Shown: positions 1 to 12,860 of the stretch, one piece after another
Numbering within the stretch: the first letter of the stretch is position 1
Layout: the number at the start of each line of letters is the position of its first letter
Origin: Felis catus
Lineage: Eukaryota
Length of the DNA stretch: 64,000 nucleotides
Assembly (NCBI RefSeq): GCF_018350175.1
Contig: NC_058368.1
Span: 23,872,001-23,936,000, forward strand
Reading direction: 5' to 3'
Program-made: the position numbers and the translations under genes
The notes under the pieces: model-generated
The model's input: only the letters and a program-made list of their open reading frames with translations
Databases searched by the model: none
Told to the model about the DNA's origin: nothing

Positions 1-198
1 TTTGCTTAAGTGTCCTACTTTGGCTCAGGTCATAATCTTGGGGTTCGAGCTCTGTGTTGGGCTCTGTGTTGCCAGCTCACAGCCTGGAGCCTGCTTCAGA
101 TTCTGGGTCTCCCTCTCTCTGCTCCTCCCCCACTCATGTTCACACTCAGGCACTCTCTCATTTTTGCTCACTTTCTGTCAAAAATGAACATAAAAAAA
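1..198 (+). mobile_element. Can-SINE (SINEC-type), cut by the window start
   Basis: GGCTCAGGTCATAATC...GGTTCGAG, AGCCTGGAGCCTGCTTCAGATTCTG body, CT-rich segment and A-rich tail. Confidence 0.9.
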
Positions 199-419
199 TA
201 GAATTCTCGGCCCTTGTCTCTGTCTGTAAACACCTTAGTGCACTTTCTAAAGCATGTACACTTTCTAAACTTAATGTTTGTAAAGGTGAGGAGAACCAAC
301 TACTGTTTTCCTTCTGCTAACTTTCCAAGCCTTGCAGTTAGGCTGATATCATATTACTCATTCTGTTCCAAGGACTGTGAACAGAATTGATGTATTTATT
401 TCCAGGTTAGGACAATTAG

Positions 420-640
420 AGCAGATATTCCCCCCTCATCCACTTCTTGTCTCCTGTAGTGACCTCAGAGACTACATTTAGCACAACTACAAGATGACAT
501 GGCCTCCATTAGCCTTCATCTCTGAGAGGCCATGTGCAGGAAAGTCCTCTGCCCACCAAGCAAGAAAAAGTAATGAACGAGAAATAAATCTTTGTTGTGA
601 CAAGCCACTGAGATTTCAAAGTTAGTTAAACTATAGTACA
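420..640 (+). mobile_element. Old MaLR (MLT1-like) LTR fragment, 3' part
   Basis: GAAATAAATCTTTGTTGTGACAAGCCACTGAGATTT resembles the MLT1 LTR polyA-signal region; recalled motif, boundaries approximate. Confidence 0.5.
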
Positions 641-1182
641 ACATCTCCTTAAATAGAAGATTCTTTTATAAATTTAATGCAATTGGGGTCAACATGTAAA
701 TAGCACAGACGTATACCAATAAAAAATAATCTTTTCTTTCAAAGACTCTGCTTGTTTTGCCCTGGAGCTCTCTTCTAATATCCCAGAAAACAAGATAAAG
801 TGCCTAAATTAAGAAGTCTTAAGTTTAGGCCACCATTTTCAGGTTAACTCAGCCTTATGTGATACTTGATTCAAAATTCCAGTTCTCAATCATAGCCATT
901 TCTCCTCTCTTAATAGAGTTTATGTCTTTCTTCTCCTTCCTGAGACCCATGAATGGGGTCAAGAGGAACCTTACTTATCCTCAAGTATTTACAAGGAGTA
1001 GCTGCTGAGGCACAGATTTTGTTCCTGCTCTCCTAGCCCCATGCGGTTAGTTTGTTCTGGTACCTGTGCTGGTGTCCATCAGGATGTTCCTACTCCAGCT
1101 CGGACTCCTGGGCATCTGATTGGTTCCTGAAGCTGAAGTTGGAGGACTGAGCTCTGCCTCCATTATGAGGTCCTTATGTTAT

Positions 1183-1478
1183 GATGTTGGGAAACATTTT
1201 CTGTTAAGGGCCAGAGAATGAATATTTTAGCCTTTTCAGGCCACATACAGTCTCGGTTGTATATTTTTCTTCTTTTTTCTCATTCTTCTTGTGGTGGTTG
1301 TAGTGGTGATGATGGTTGGTACTCTTCTTTCCGCTTCTCTTTTCTTCACTTTCTCTTTATCCCTCTTCTTCATCATTATTTTCTTCTGTTTGAAGTTGTA
1401 AACACCATTCTTAGCTCAGGGCCATAAAAATGCAGATTGGCAGAATTTGGCCCATTGGCCACAATTTGCCAACCTCTG
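1183..1478 (+). mobile_element. MER58-like non-autonomous hAT-Charlie DNA transposon
   Basis: Starts GTTGGGAAACATTTTCTGTTAAGGGCCAGAGAATGAATATTTTAGCC and ends GAATTTGGCCCATTGGCCACAATTTGCCAACCTCTG; the ends form degenerate terminal inverted repeats. Confidence 0.7.
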
Positions 1479-2070
1479 ACCTACAACCTTCCATTCTGAA
1501 CTTGGGCCTCTCTTAGTTCCCTACATGGATTTTTAACAACTCCTGGGTTCCTGGCATGCCCCACAAAGTCTGTGGAGGGTTGTGGATGATTTCAGGTCTG
1601 TCCACTAAAAAAAATTCTCTCTTCCTAGAGTGCTTTTTAAAAAATTACTTCCGTACCGCAATGATCCCAGAAACAGAACAAGGGCTGGCATGCTCCTTCA
1701 CTCCTTCTTAACCTGAGGACTCTACTGGAATTGTGATGGCCTGAGGCTCAGGAAATAGGGGATACAGGTCTGCTTCCAGGGATCCAGGCAGCAGACTTCC
1801 CATCTTGTGAAACTTATTTAAATTACTCTTCCTTTCCCCTCAGCAAACAGTTTTCTACTTTTTTCTGTTTGGCATATCATGTCCTCTGATCTTCTAAACT
1901 ATGGTTTATAGGAAAACTCTTCCACTGTGCTTGCACTAGTCTTGCATTTTACTATATATAAAGGACATTTTGGATCTTAGGAAATGCCTTTCTTTCTTAA
2001 CCAAAGCAGACCAGCTTTTAATATATATTCCAACACATCCCTGAAATAAACATCATCAATCTCCCTATTT

Positions 2071-2264
2071 GGGGGCACTTGGGTGGCTCAGCTGGTTAAG
2101 TGTCTGACTCTTGATTTCAGCTCAGGTCATGATCTCACAGTCATGGGATCTAGCCCCACAGTGAACTCTGTGCTGAGCATGGAGCCTGCTTGGGATTCTC
2201 TCTCTCTGCCCCTCCCCTACTCACACTGTCTGTCTCTCTCTCAAAATAAATGCTCAAAAAAATT
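2071..2264 (+). mobile_element. Can-SINE with TSD
   Basis: GGGGGCACTTGGGTGGCTCAG head and A tail; TSD AATCTCCCTATTT (2058-2070) / AATCTCCATATTT (2265-2277). Confidence 0.93.
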
Positions 2265-2336
2265 AATCTCCATATTTCATTAAATAATTTATATGTATTG
2301 CAAGCTACCAGACACTAACTAAACTGCTCAGCCATT

Positions 2337-2360
2337 GAGTATGAGTATGAGTATGAGTAT
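2337..2360. repeat. (GAGTAT)4 hexanucleotide tandem repeat
   Basis: Read directly from the sequence. Confidence 0.9.
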
Positions 2361-2690
2361 AAATTTTCTATACTTCACAGGAAGCACTTAGCTTCAAGGG
2401 TAATGTAAAGCAAAGTATTCAAAAGTTGTATATTATGATCACCTATTTAAGTACTTTAAATGATCATTTATTCATAAGGCCCCACTTTTCCTTCTCCAGA
2501 TACTTGGCATGATACAGCAGCAATTAAAAGACACTCATAATCATAATCACAGCAATTATTATGTTTTCTGGCAGCTTTGTGCCACCTTAACATAGCAAGC
2601 CTCCAGAGATCTAGTTCTGCCTCTGGAACAGAGAGCATCTGTCCTCAACAGAGGTTCTAGCCTATGCTCTTGCCTGGGTCGCCCACAAGA

Positions 2691-2740
2691 GCGTCAGCAG
2701 TGACTCAGCTGCACCCTGGGAATCACTGTCAGTGACTCAG
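2691..2740. promoter_or_regulatory. Candidate AP-1/NFE2-MAF (ARE) motif cluster
   Basis: CAGTGACTCAG occurs twice (2698-2708, 2730-2740); the first reads GTGACTCAGC, matching ARE RTGACnnnGC; sequence is not recognisably repeat-derived. Motif only, no functional data. Confidence 0.35.
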
Positions 2741-3159
2741 TGTCACCTAGCAAACAGAAGCCTGCTGCAATACTTGCCCTTTCTTTTCCTCTTGTGAGAA
2801 TTCTTTCTATGATAGCTGTAGGGTGAAATACAGCAGATTTAAAATTCTAAAAACATTCTGCTTTAGATGCCCTGCAATAGGGCTCAGGCTTTGATTACAG
2901 AAAGGAGTAGAATATATAAGATGGCTTCATGACTTTAGAAATAATTTTAGAAAGACATCCAAACTGCTTACTTATGCTCATATTCCATCGCCCTTTCCTT
3001 CCCCACACCGCCTTTCCCATGTATGTGTGTTTAGAGGAGAGAAAGAGAGTCTAGTCCAGCATCACACATCCTATGCCTCCTTCTTCCCGGGATCCCTGGA
3101 GAATATGAAATGGGTGCCACTGGGCCAGGTTGTTGAGGAACTGATCTCCCACCTTCCTG

Positions 3160-3372
3160 GCCTAAATTTTAGCATTAGAACTACCTCTTCTGGGAAACTT
3201 CCTCCTGCCTGTGTTCATGTGTCAGCATTTATACGTGTAAATACCCAGTTACCTCCTGGTCACCCTCACTATATGTGAACTCCTTAAAGGCAGAAATTAT
3301 ATCAAGCTTTGAAAAATTAGTTCTTAAAAGAAGGAAGGAGAGTTTGAGAGAGTAGAGGAATGAATGAATGAA
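3160..3372 (+). mobile_element. LINE-2 3' end relic
   Basis: ACCTCTTCTGGGAAACTTCC, TGTGAACTCCTTAAAGGCAGAAATTAT and a terminal (GAAT)n. Confidence 0.5.
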
Positions 3373-3889
3373 CACATCAAACTAATTAGTTAAGATTATT
3401 TATAGTTTTGAGAGGTTCATTTATAATTTTTCCTGAGAGGAGAGAATTATACTTTTCATTCAATTTACTCATATTAGTGCATCAAATAAAATCAAATGCC
3501 TGGGTTATGTGCTTGAGGATCATGACTGAAACAATACTGGGATCATCACCAGGAAGCATAAGTACTGAATCAAAGATCTCAGGGCATCTAACTGCTAAAA
3601 GGGATAAAACAACCAGAGATAATGGCTCATGCTGAACACAGGCTTTTTCTAAGAGAAAAAGACAAATAATATGGATTTGGTTACTAGTCCCTCTTTTTTT
3701 ATAGGTAAGTGATGCCACTATATATAGTCTGTGGAGGAAGAAGATCACTATATATTCACAACTAAATTTAACGCATTACTTTTTATTCCCATTCAACTAA
3801 ATGAGTTTTGGAGCATCTATCAGAGAATTGTGGTAAGTGCCAGAGGTGAGAAGGGGAGGAACACAAAGGCAAATCTGGCATACAAAAAG

Positions 3890-4140
3890 GTGGTATGAAG
3901 TCATACTTCATGCATAGACCATGAAGTTAGGTGGCCTGGGTTTGAACTCCACCACTCTTACTTTCTAACTATGAGACCATGGACAGGTTATGTAGCATCA
4001 CTCAACTATCTCACCCATGAAATTATAACAATACATATCTCTTGGGGTTATTGAGATCATAAGTGACATGGGAACAACACTTGGGTTAGCATTTGACTCA
4101 GAAAATTCTCCAAAGTGGCAGTAATTATTGTTGTTTTGTA
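3890..4140 (+). mobile_element. MIR SINE relic
   Basis: CCTGGGTTTGAACTCCACCACTCTTACTTTCTAACTATGAGACCATGGACAGGTTA core-like motif. Confidence 0.6.
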
Positions 4141-4314
4141 TTGTTGCTGTTTTCATTATTACTAAGAGTTCTTGACCTGTAGGAGCCATGGTTTGTCTAA
4201 AAGCAATAAGTGTTATTTATTGATTGATTTTCAGAAAATAGACGACAGCAAACTGAAATACAGTCTACCAAATATACCAATAACCCTAAATGTTCTTAAT
4301 AGTATGTATGGATT

Positions 4315-4537
4315 GGGGCATCTAGCCGGCTCTGTTGGTTAAGCATCGAATTCTTGATTTTGGCAATCATGATTTCACAGTTTATAACATTGAGCCCCAT
4401 GTTGGGCTCTGTGCTCACAGTGTGGAACCTGCTTGGAATTCTCTCTGCCCCTTCCCTACTTGGTTCCACATGCGCATGTACACACACACACACACACACA
4501 CACACTCACTCTCTCTCAAAATACATAAATATTTAAA
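4315..4537 (+). mobile_element. Can-SINE with internal (CA)n and TSD
   Basis: GGGGCATCTAGCCGGCTCTGTTGGTTAAGC head; TSD AATAGTATGTATGGATT (4298-4314) / AGTAATATGTATGGATT (4538-4554). Confidence 0.92.
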
Positions 4538-6319
4538 AGTAATATGTATGGATTAAAAGAATTTTTTATCATTTATCAATGCTCTTTATGTTTATTAAAT
4601 CATATTCTAGCAGTATGTAGCTATCAGATATTTATTTAATTGACCCCATGTAAATTTAATAACAATGATCATGAATTCTTGTTAGAGTTTCTTATGGAAT
4701 TAATCAATCTTCCATTACCACTCCTATTGAGGTCAAACACAATTCCTTGCCCAGAGAGAATTGTAAATCTTCAGATCTGTAAGAACAGATTCAATCTCAA
4801 AAAATTCCATCAGGCTTGCAAGACCTCTAGGCAATCGATGTAATTCCAAGGACTACCCAGTAGTTCAGTTTTAGGGGAATGACTCTGAGGATTTCTTGTG
4901 AAATGGAGTAGTACACCTAAGAATGAAGCCCACTCACAATATACTGAAGCCTTGTAAATGCCAATCACCAAACTAAAAAGGTGAAGATGATTTACATGTA
5001 AAACCATTCTCAACAGCTAAAGCATTCATACCATAGTGAGCCTGGAATAAAACAAAGCAGAGCCTGTAGATTTCATCTAATCAGGCCCTCTGCTTTTGAG
5101 AGGTCTGAAAGCTTATAGTGATGGGCTGTCAAGAGAAGATGGTTGCAGCACTTAATTTCCTTTAACATTTATGGGGGAGAAAGTAAGGTGGAGTATCATA
5201 TCTCAAAGATCTGCTTCCCAGTTCCACGCTATTTGAACCAAGCTAGAGCATATATAAAAGATGCTCAAAAGAGTAAGAAAAACCCTAGGGCAAACATCAT
5301 GTCTTCCTAGGGCATCCATTTTTCTAGAAGCTTGTGGGGAAAGCATCATCTTTACATTTAGTCAGATACAGATACTTCATGAATTCTTACAATAAATCAG
5401 GAAACCTAAAAATATATGTGCCTCTCTGGGGCTGAACCTTAGATCCCAGGAATATCGGGTTTACTTTGCTTTTATGAAACTTTAAGGGGAAGCTTGAATA
5501 TCCAATATGACAAAATGTTCCCACCAGGCAAACACAAAAGAAAGCTCCATGATTTTATGTTCTGAATGAGTATTCATTTCTTTTGTCTCACCAATATTTG
5601 GGCATACACAAAAGCAAACTCCAGCTTTTGGGACTTATAAAATCCCAAATATAGGATTCACTGTGTCCTCCTCTCTACCCCAGGTTCCACACACTTACAT
5701 TCCCTTTAAAACAAAAAGGATTTTGTCCTTCTGTTTTGCTTTCCCTTGAGGATATAAAGCATCACAAAAATCATATATAACAGCTGGTGATACTCCTAAG
5801 ATCTCTACGAGGCAAATGCAGATGGTGATGATAACCACCTACACACTGTCAGTCTGCTCAGACACTATCCTCAGGGGAAAAAATCTATACCAGTGAAATG
5901 AGGACATTTTCACGCCAGCTAAGAGCAGCTTTTAAAAGACACAATGATGATCCCACTCATTCACAGGCTCTGAATTGAGAGTACTATATAGTCAAACAGA
6001 ATTTCAAATGACCACAGACCCCAGGATTAACTGCTAGACCACAGAAGCCACTCTGACTTTTCCAAGAGGGATTAATGACTTTGCAAGTCAGTGAGCAATA
6101 GTGGCTTAGATGTTTGGGATTCAGATAGAGGACAGTATGTGGACCATGAACTTATAAAAGACTCAGAGAGTCATCTTTTTATCTCTGTAACTTCTATGGT
6201 TCCCGGCACAGGGGATTAGGGGGTAAAATAAATGTCTGAGAACTAAGTGAATAAAGCTTTTAGCAGTTTTTTAGTTCAAGGTGGGTTGCCCAGGAAAAAT
6301 TAGTCTGTGACACCATCAT

Positions 6320-6760
6320 GGTTAGAATTCCACCTCCACCAATTAACTGTCAAATCTTCGGTAAGTTATTTAAGCTCTCCAAACTCCTGATTCCTCGTGC
6401 ATAAAATATTATACTCATGAGGTCATAATAAGAACTAAATTAAAATAGCAGATGTACAATGAGTAACTGATTGCTGCAAAAGGACCATAAATAATTTAAT
6501 CTTACTTTACAGGTAGCCAGAGAAATTCAGCCTCTCCTGTGTTACAGAGCTCAGAGTGGAAAGCAAGGTATGAAAAATAGAACTTTTATCTAGAAAATGA
6601 TGAAAAATTAACTGAGCTGAAAAAGAGTACTGCTTGGATTCAGAGATATTCATTCGTTTTGCCTTGATTTTGCTGTTTAGTGGCTATGTAATGTTGAGCA
6701 ACTCATTTAACCTCTTAAATCCTCAGTTATATCAGCCGTAAATTATGACTATAATTTTTG
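6320..6760 (+). mobile_element. Two adjacent MIR relics (about 6320-6480 and 6620-6760)
   Basis: GGTAAGTTATTTAAGCTCTCCAAACTCCTGATTCCTCGTG and GAGCAACTCATTTAACCTCTTAAATCCTCAGTT MIR core motifs. Confidence 0.6.
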
Positions 6761-8049
6761 TAATTGATAAATTAAAATGTGTAAGTTAAAATTCATACAT
6801 TTTGCAATTTCAATAATTTTTATTCATCCCATCAAATAAATCTATTTTGAAATTTTGTACAAAATATAACCATGATTTGCAAACAGTGACACACTATACA
6901 AACAGAAGGCACAATTATGAATCTACTTTTTGAGTTACTAAGTATAGACAAAAGGACTATAAATATACTTGAATTGTATAGCAGGCAAAGTGGCTCATAG
7001 TAAGTTTCTCTTAATATAGGAGAGAAAATAATCATGCTTTCAAGGCCAAGTTATAAGTTATAGTGTCCATAACTTTAGATCTAAAGACTAACAGGCCTCC
7101 TCTTGCATGGTTGGAAAACTAAGTTGATAAGAACTGAAAGGATGTTCTTTGGCCCAATTTTAAAAGGTACTATTGTAGTTCTACGCTGGTTCCTAAAGAT
7201 CCAGAAGGTAAAGGTGTCAACATGTTTGCTGTGAATTTTTCATCCTAACATAATATGTCCTCTATGCCCAAAGTATCGCTGACAACCCACTTCTTTAAAC
7301 TCTCTGTTCTGTGAACTGTGACTTGTTTTGTTTGCCAGTGGCTTTGAATGTTCTTTCTCTGCTTCCTGACATAGTTTTTGCTTCCTTCTACCATTTTTGT
7401 TTTCATCAGTCTATGTCTAAACTCATTTCCTCAGGGACCTTTTTCATTCTTATGGGAATTCCCATGTGAATCCTAAATTTACATTTATTGCCCTAATATC
7501 TATACCTATATTTTATAAATTATTATTACCTCCATCAAATATGGCTAAAAATGTATGCACCACTGTTGCCCTTATCCTTCTTATCTCTCCTTATCCTCCT
7601 TCACTCTTCATTCCTAATATTCCATTTGTCTCAGCATGTAGAATACCTTATATGCAGAGAGCTATAAAATTTAAATGTATTCTATTATATTGGAGGAAAT
7701 AGAATATCAGTCAATTCAGGGATTTCCTGGTTTCCCTGGGCACATCCAAGTCCCAGGGGTTTCATAGAGCTATTGCAACATGAAAAGTGGACACCATGCC
7801 CTTGCTATTATCTGTTCATGCTGGCATCTTCTGAGACTTCCAGAACACTGATCTCTGGGCTTTCAGCAATCAGTCCATATACTTTGCTTCTGAGCAAGCC
7901 CTCATTTACATCTGCTGGGACCCTTTGGGATATTATGCTTGTTATGGCTAGCAACTTCTTAAATGAGGAGTAGAAGTTAAGGAGCAAAAAGGTAAAAGTA
8001 AATACAAGGGGAAATATATTAATTCATATTGCAAAACCAAAAATGCTTT

Positions 8050-10075
8050 CTGATTTCACTTCTAAACACAATGGAGTAATGAAGACTGATTTATCCTCCT
8101 ATCCAAAAAAAAAGTGTAGAAAAATATTTTTTTAACTTTTCACAGACATCAGACATCAGACAATGAAAGGGAGTGAAAAATAGGATTTCTTGGGAGACAG
8201 AAGACAAACAAAGTGAACACTGTAACAGCTCCAGATTACTTCCCACAGAGAATTTTCAGTGTGTGATGAGAGAAAGAATCATGCAGAGTTTGGTGGTCTC
8301 CATGAGGTGGGTGGAAAGGTGGAGCTGGGAATCTTGGGAATTCAAGGCATCTAAAACTGACTTGAAAGAGTAGTAGAGAGAGGAGAACTCCAGATATCTG
8401 CAGAGGGTCTACCTCAACTATTTTTTAGAGAATTTACCACTGCATGTATGTGAGGAAACTACTTAATGCAAGAATAAAAAAAAATATTTAATGTGATAGA
8501 CTAGAACTCAGAGGACCAGTAATATTTCCTATCCAGTCAGGGCAGAAAGCATCATTATTCAGAGAACACTGAGTATAGATTCAAAAGGCAATTGCTTCAG
8601 TGGGGAAAAATTAATCCCAGATGAACTAAGGCCCTGATCTTGTGTAACAGAGTCTAAAAGCAACACAAGGAATTGAACTTTTTCAAGTAACTCAACTGCA
8701 ACCTAGAATAAAGCTCAAAAACAGTTATAGGAATACAAAAATATCCAGAACCCAACAGGATAAAATTCATGCTATCTGGCATTAAATAAAAAATGATTAG
8801 CCATGCAGAGAAGAAAATACAACCCATAATGAGGAGGAAGAAAATCAATCAATACAGACCCACCCAGAAATAACACAGCTGATAGAATTTTTAGTGAGGG
8901 AAAAACATAATTATAACTTAATTGGACATGTCCAAGAAACTAGAAGAAATATTGAACATGTTAAATACTAAAAGAAAGATATAAGAGATCCAAAGTGAAT
9001 ATCTGATGATGAAAAATAGACTGGATAAGATTAATGGAATATTAAATACTGGAAAAGAAAAGATTAGTGAACTTGAAGATACAGCAATGGACATTATACA
9101 AAAATCAGGACAAAAATGACCTCATAAAAAGAATGAATAGAGTATCAATAAGTTTTGGACAGTTTAAAACAGCCAAATTTACATGTAATTGTAATCACCA
9201 AAAGGGTAGGTGCAGGACAAAGTTGAGAAAAACAATTTTGAAGAAATAATCCTCAAAAATTTTTCCCAATTTGGTGAAAAATAAACCCCACAGATCTTAG
9301 AAACTCAACAAAGTTCAAGCACAAAAAAACATGAAGAAAGTTACACCATGACACATAATCCATTGATTGTATCCATCAACAAAGGGAAAAAAAATCTTAA
9401 AAGTGACCAAAGAAAAAAGACACATAACATACAGATGAAGAAAGGTAAGAATTATGGTTTATGATTGGAAAGGACACAAGCCAGAAAACTGTAACATTTT
9501 TCATGTACTTAAAAATTATAATCAACCTAGAATCTATACCCAGTGAAAATATCTTTCAAAAATGAAAATGAAATGGGGCGCCTGGGTGACTCACTTGGTT
9601 GAGTGTCTGACTTCGGCTCAGGTCATGATCTAACAGTTTGTGGGTTCGAGCCCTGCATCAGGCTCTGTGCTGACTGCTTGGTCAGAGCCTGGAGCCTGCT
9701 TCAGATTCTGTGTTTCCTTCTCTCTCTGCCCCTCCCCCACTCACACTTTGTCTCACTCTGTTTCTCAAAAATAAATAAATGTAAAAAAAAGGAAAATGAA
9801 ATAGATTTTTATATATAAACAAAAATTTAAAGAATTTATCACCAGCATACTTAGACTAAAATATGTGTTTTAAAAAAATCCAGTACTTCAGGAAGAAGGA
9901 CGATGACACCTGGTAAATTTGGTTTTAGAAAAAGGAACAATGACCACCACAAAGGACATTTATATGGAATATATAAATGATTTTTTCCTTATTATTGAAA
10001 TCTTTGTCAAGGATAAGTGACTACTTAGTGTAAATAATAACATTTGTGAGGCCTATGGCATACATAGAAGCAAAC
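8050..10075 (+). mobile_element. Ancient L1M (eutherian) 5'UTR plus degenerate ORF1, 3'-truncated
   Basis: CACTTCTAAACACAATGGAGTAA 5'-end-like motif; ORF1 motifs AAGATTAGTGAACTTGAAGATA, TTTTCCCAATTTGGTGAAAA and CAACCTAGAATCTATACCCAGTGAAAATATCTTTCAAAAATGAA. Confidence 0.75.
9575..9791 (+). mobile_element. Can-SINE inserted in the old L1 ORF1
   Basis: GGGGCGCCTGGGTGACTCA head; TSD GAAAATGAAAT at 9564-9574 and 9792-9802. Confidence 0.95.
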
Positions 10076-10180
10076 ATAGTGGGTATTTAATAAGAACTTT
10101 AATGTGAAAATACTAGGTATTAATTTCTTGATAACTGCTAATAATGATACTGTCTTGAATAAAAAGTGAATAATAGTTGG

Positions 10181-10590
10181 TGTAATAGTTTCCTAGTGGT
10201 GGTGTATCAAGTACACAAAGTACATGGCTTGAAACAATAGCAATTTAGTGTCTTACAGTTCTAGAGGCTTGAAGTTCAAAATCAAGCTCCTTTTAAACCC
10301 ATAGAGGAATCCTTAGCCTCTGATGGTTTGTCAGCAGTCTTTAGAATTCCTTGGTTTGGAGCTATATAACTCCATTCTATGCTTTCAGCATATGGTTCTC
10401 TCCATGTGTGTCTGTCTTCACACAACAATTTTCTTATGACACTAGTCATGTTGGATTAGGTGCTCATAGTACTGGATTCTGATTAATTATACTTTTAATG
10501 ACCCTACTTCCAAAACTGTCACATTCTGAGGTACTGGAGATTAGGACTTCAAAAGATCCTTTTTAGGCAGACACAATTCAACCTGTAACA
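10181..10590 (-). mobile_element. MaLR solo LTR (MLT1B/C-like)
   Basis: TG...CA termini; motifs CTTACAGTTCTAGAGGCTTGAAGTTCAAAATCAAG and GTCACATTCTGAGGTACTGG...GACACAATTCAAC; 5-bp TSD GTTGG/GTTAG. Confidence 0.88.
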
Positions 10591-11330
10591 GTTAGTATAC
10601 CTAAAAGATATTTCTGTGACAATCTTTCTAAATCTTTCTATACATATACATACGCATTTTGTTGTGTTAATAGGCAAGTACACGACAGAATTATTTATAG
10701 AACTGTTGTTTTTTCTTTTTAAGCACACTAGAGTAAGAGGATTCAAAACCAACACTAATATTCAGTGTTCCTCTGGGTTTCAAGATCCTCTGAATAGTTT
10801 TTGGGAAATCACTCTCCAAAAAATATTAACTTTACAGAAGCTGGATTCCCCACAGAACTGCTCAGTCTGAAAGACAACAGACAAAGTGTTAACTTCAAAA
10901 TGAATGATAATGTAGTAATAACCTACCATATTTAAATATTAATTTTTATTCTAATGGACTATGAAGAGGGCCAAGATTTACATACTTCACACATACTTTT
11001 CTCATAAACAGGCCTCTTATTCACAATTCACATTTGTAGAAAACATACATAATCAGCAAGCATGTGGTAAGTCATTTCACAGAATGCTTATTGGGAAACT
11101 CCCTGGCTAAAAATTGTAACACGTATTTTTAAAATAGAGTTCAATAGCAACTTCTCTGATAAAGACTCCTTGTTTTTAACTCAAACCTCAATGAGAAAGG
11201 AGAACTTATTAACAAAGCATGAAAATTACTAGTTGATGAGAGGGGAAAGTAAGAAAGCTAAAACAAGAAAAAAAGTGAGGTTTACAATCAAAGAAACTTT
11301 CTTTTCACAGAAATTGAACTATTAAAAGGT

Positions 11331-11528
11331 TGTTTTTTTTGTTGTTGTTGTTGTTTTTTTTTTTTTTTGAGAGAGAGACTTAGTGGAAAGGGGTAGAGGG
11401 AGAGGGAGAATCTTAAGCAGTCTCCACACCCAGCAAGAGTCAACAAAGAGCTCAATCTCATGAGCGTGAGATAATGACCTGAGCTTAAATCAAGAGTCCA
11501 ATAACCAACTGGGCCACCCCGTCATCCC
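11331..11528 (-). mobile_element. Can-SINE, minus strand, diverged
   Basis: T-rich tail, (GA)n, GTGAGATAATGACCTGAGC; degenerate TSD TATTAAAAGG / TATTAAGAGG. Confidence 0.88.
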
Positions 11529-11542
11529 TATTAAGAGGGCAT

Positions 11543-12229
11543 AGCAGGCAAAAACCTCTTTGATATTGGCTGCAGCAACTTCTTACTCAACACATCTCTG
11601 GAGGCAAGGAAACAAAAGCAAAAATGAATTATTGGGACCTCATCAAAATAAAAAGCTTCTGCACAGCGAAGGAAACAATCAGCAAAACTAAAAAACAACT
11701 GATGGAATGGGAGAAGATATTTGCAAATGACATATCAGATAAAGAGTTAGTAGCCAAAATCTATAAAGAACTTATTCAAAGTCAACACACAAAAAACAAA
11801 TAATCCAGGGAAGAAATGGGCAAAGACATGAATAGACACTTCTCCAAAGAAGACATCCATATGGCCGACACATGAAAAAATGCTCAACATCACTCATCAT
11901 CAGGGAAATACAAATCAAAACCACAATGAGATACCATCTTACACCTGTCAGAATGGCTCACATAACAACTCAGGCAACAACAGATGTTGGCGAGGATGTG
12001 GAGAAAGAGGATCTCTTTTGCATTGTTGGTGGGAATGCAAGCTGGTGCAGCCAGTAGAACTACCTTATGACCCAGCAATTGCACTACTAGGTATGTATCC
12101 AAGGGATACAGGTATGCTGTTTCAAAAGGACACATGCACCCCCATGTTTATAGCAGTGCTATCAACAATAGCCAAAGTATGGAAAGAGCCAGAATGTCCA
12201 TCTATGGATGAATGGATAAAGAAAATGTA

Positions 12230-12266
<37 letters not shown>

Positions 12267-12860
12267 CACATATACATATACACATGTATATACATGTATA
12301 TATGTATACATATACATGTATACATGTATATATGTATATACATATATATATACACATATATATATGTGTGTGTGTATATATATATGTATATATAGACATA
12401 TATATATACACACACACACATATATATGTATATGTATATATATCTGCACATATATATATACATATACATACATACAATGGAGTATTACTCAGCAATCAAA
12501 AAGAAAGAAATCTTGCCATTTGCAACAAAGTGGATAGAACTAGAGGCTATTATGCTAGGTGAAGTTTGTCAGAGAAAGACAAATATCATATGACTTCACT
12601 CATATGAGGACTTTAAGACACAGAATAGATGAACATAAGGGAAGGGAAGCAAAACTAATATAAATACAGGGAGGGGGACAAAACATAAGAGACTCTTAAA
12701 TATGGAGAACAAATAGGGGGTTGCTGGAGGGGTTGTAGGAGGGGGGATGGGCTAAATGGGTAAGAGGCATTAAGGAATCTACTCCTGAAATCTTTGTTGC
12801 ACTATATGCTAACTAATTTGAATCTAAATTTAAAAAATTAAATTAAAAAAAAATAAAAAA
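11543..12860 (+). mobile_element. 5'-truncated carnivore L1 (ORF2 C-terminus, 3'UTR, A tail); 3'UTR matches the L1 at 37400-44992
   Basis: Fragments [28 protein letters not shown] and [24 protein letters not shown] (CCHC region); 3'UTR GAGGACTTTAAGA...GAACATAAGGGAAGGGAAGCAAAACTAATA is shared with about 44740-44795. Confidence 0.95.
12230..12476. repeat. Complex (TG)n/(TA)n/(CA)n microsatellite expanded inside L1
   Basis: About 245 bp of almost continuous purine-pyrimidine alternation. Confidence 0.97.

Noticed and set aside
12122..12562. Five overlapping 97-116 aa ORFs rich in Y/I/C/V/H/T
   Set aside because: Translations of a TA/CA/TG microsatellite that lacks stop codons.
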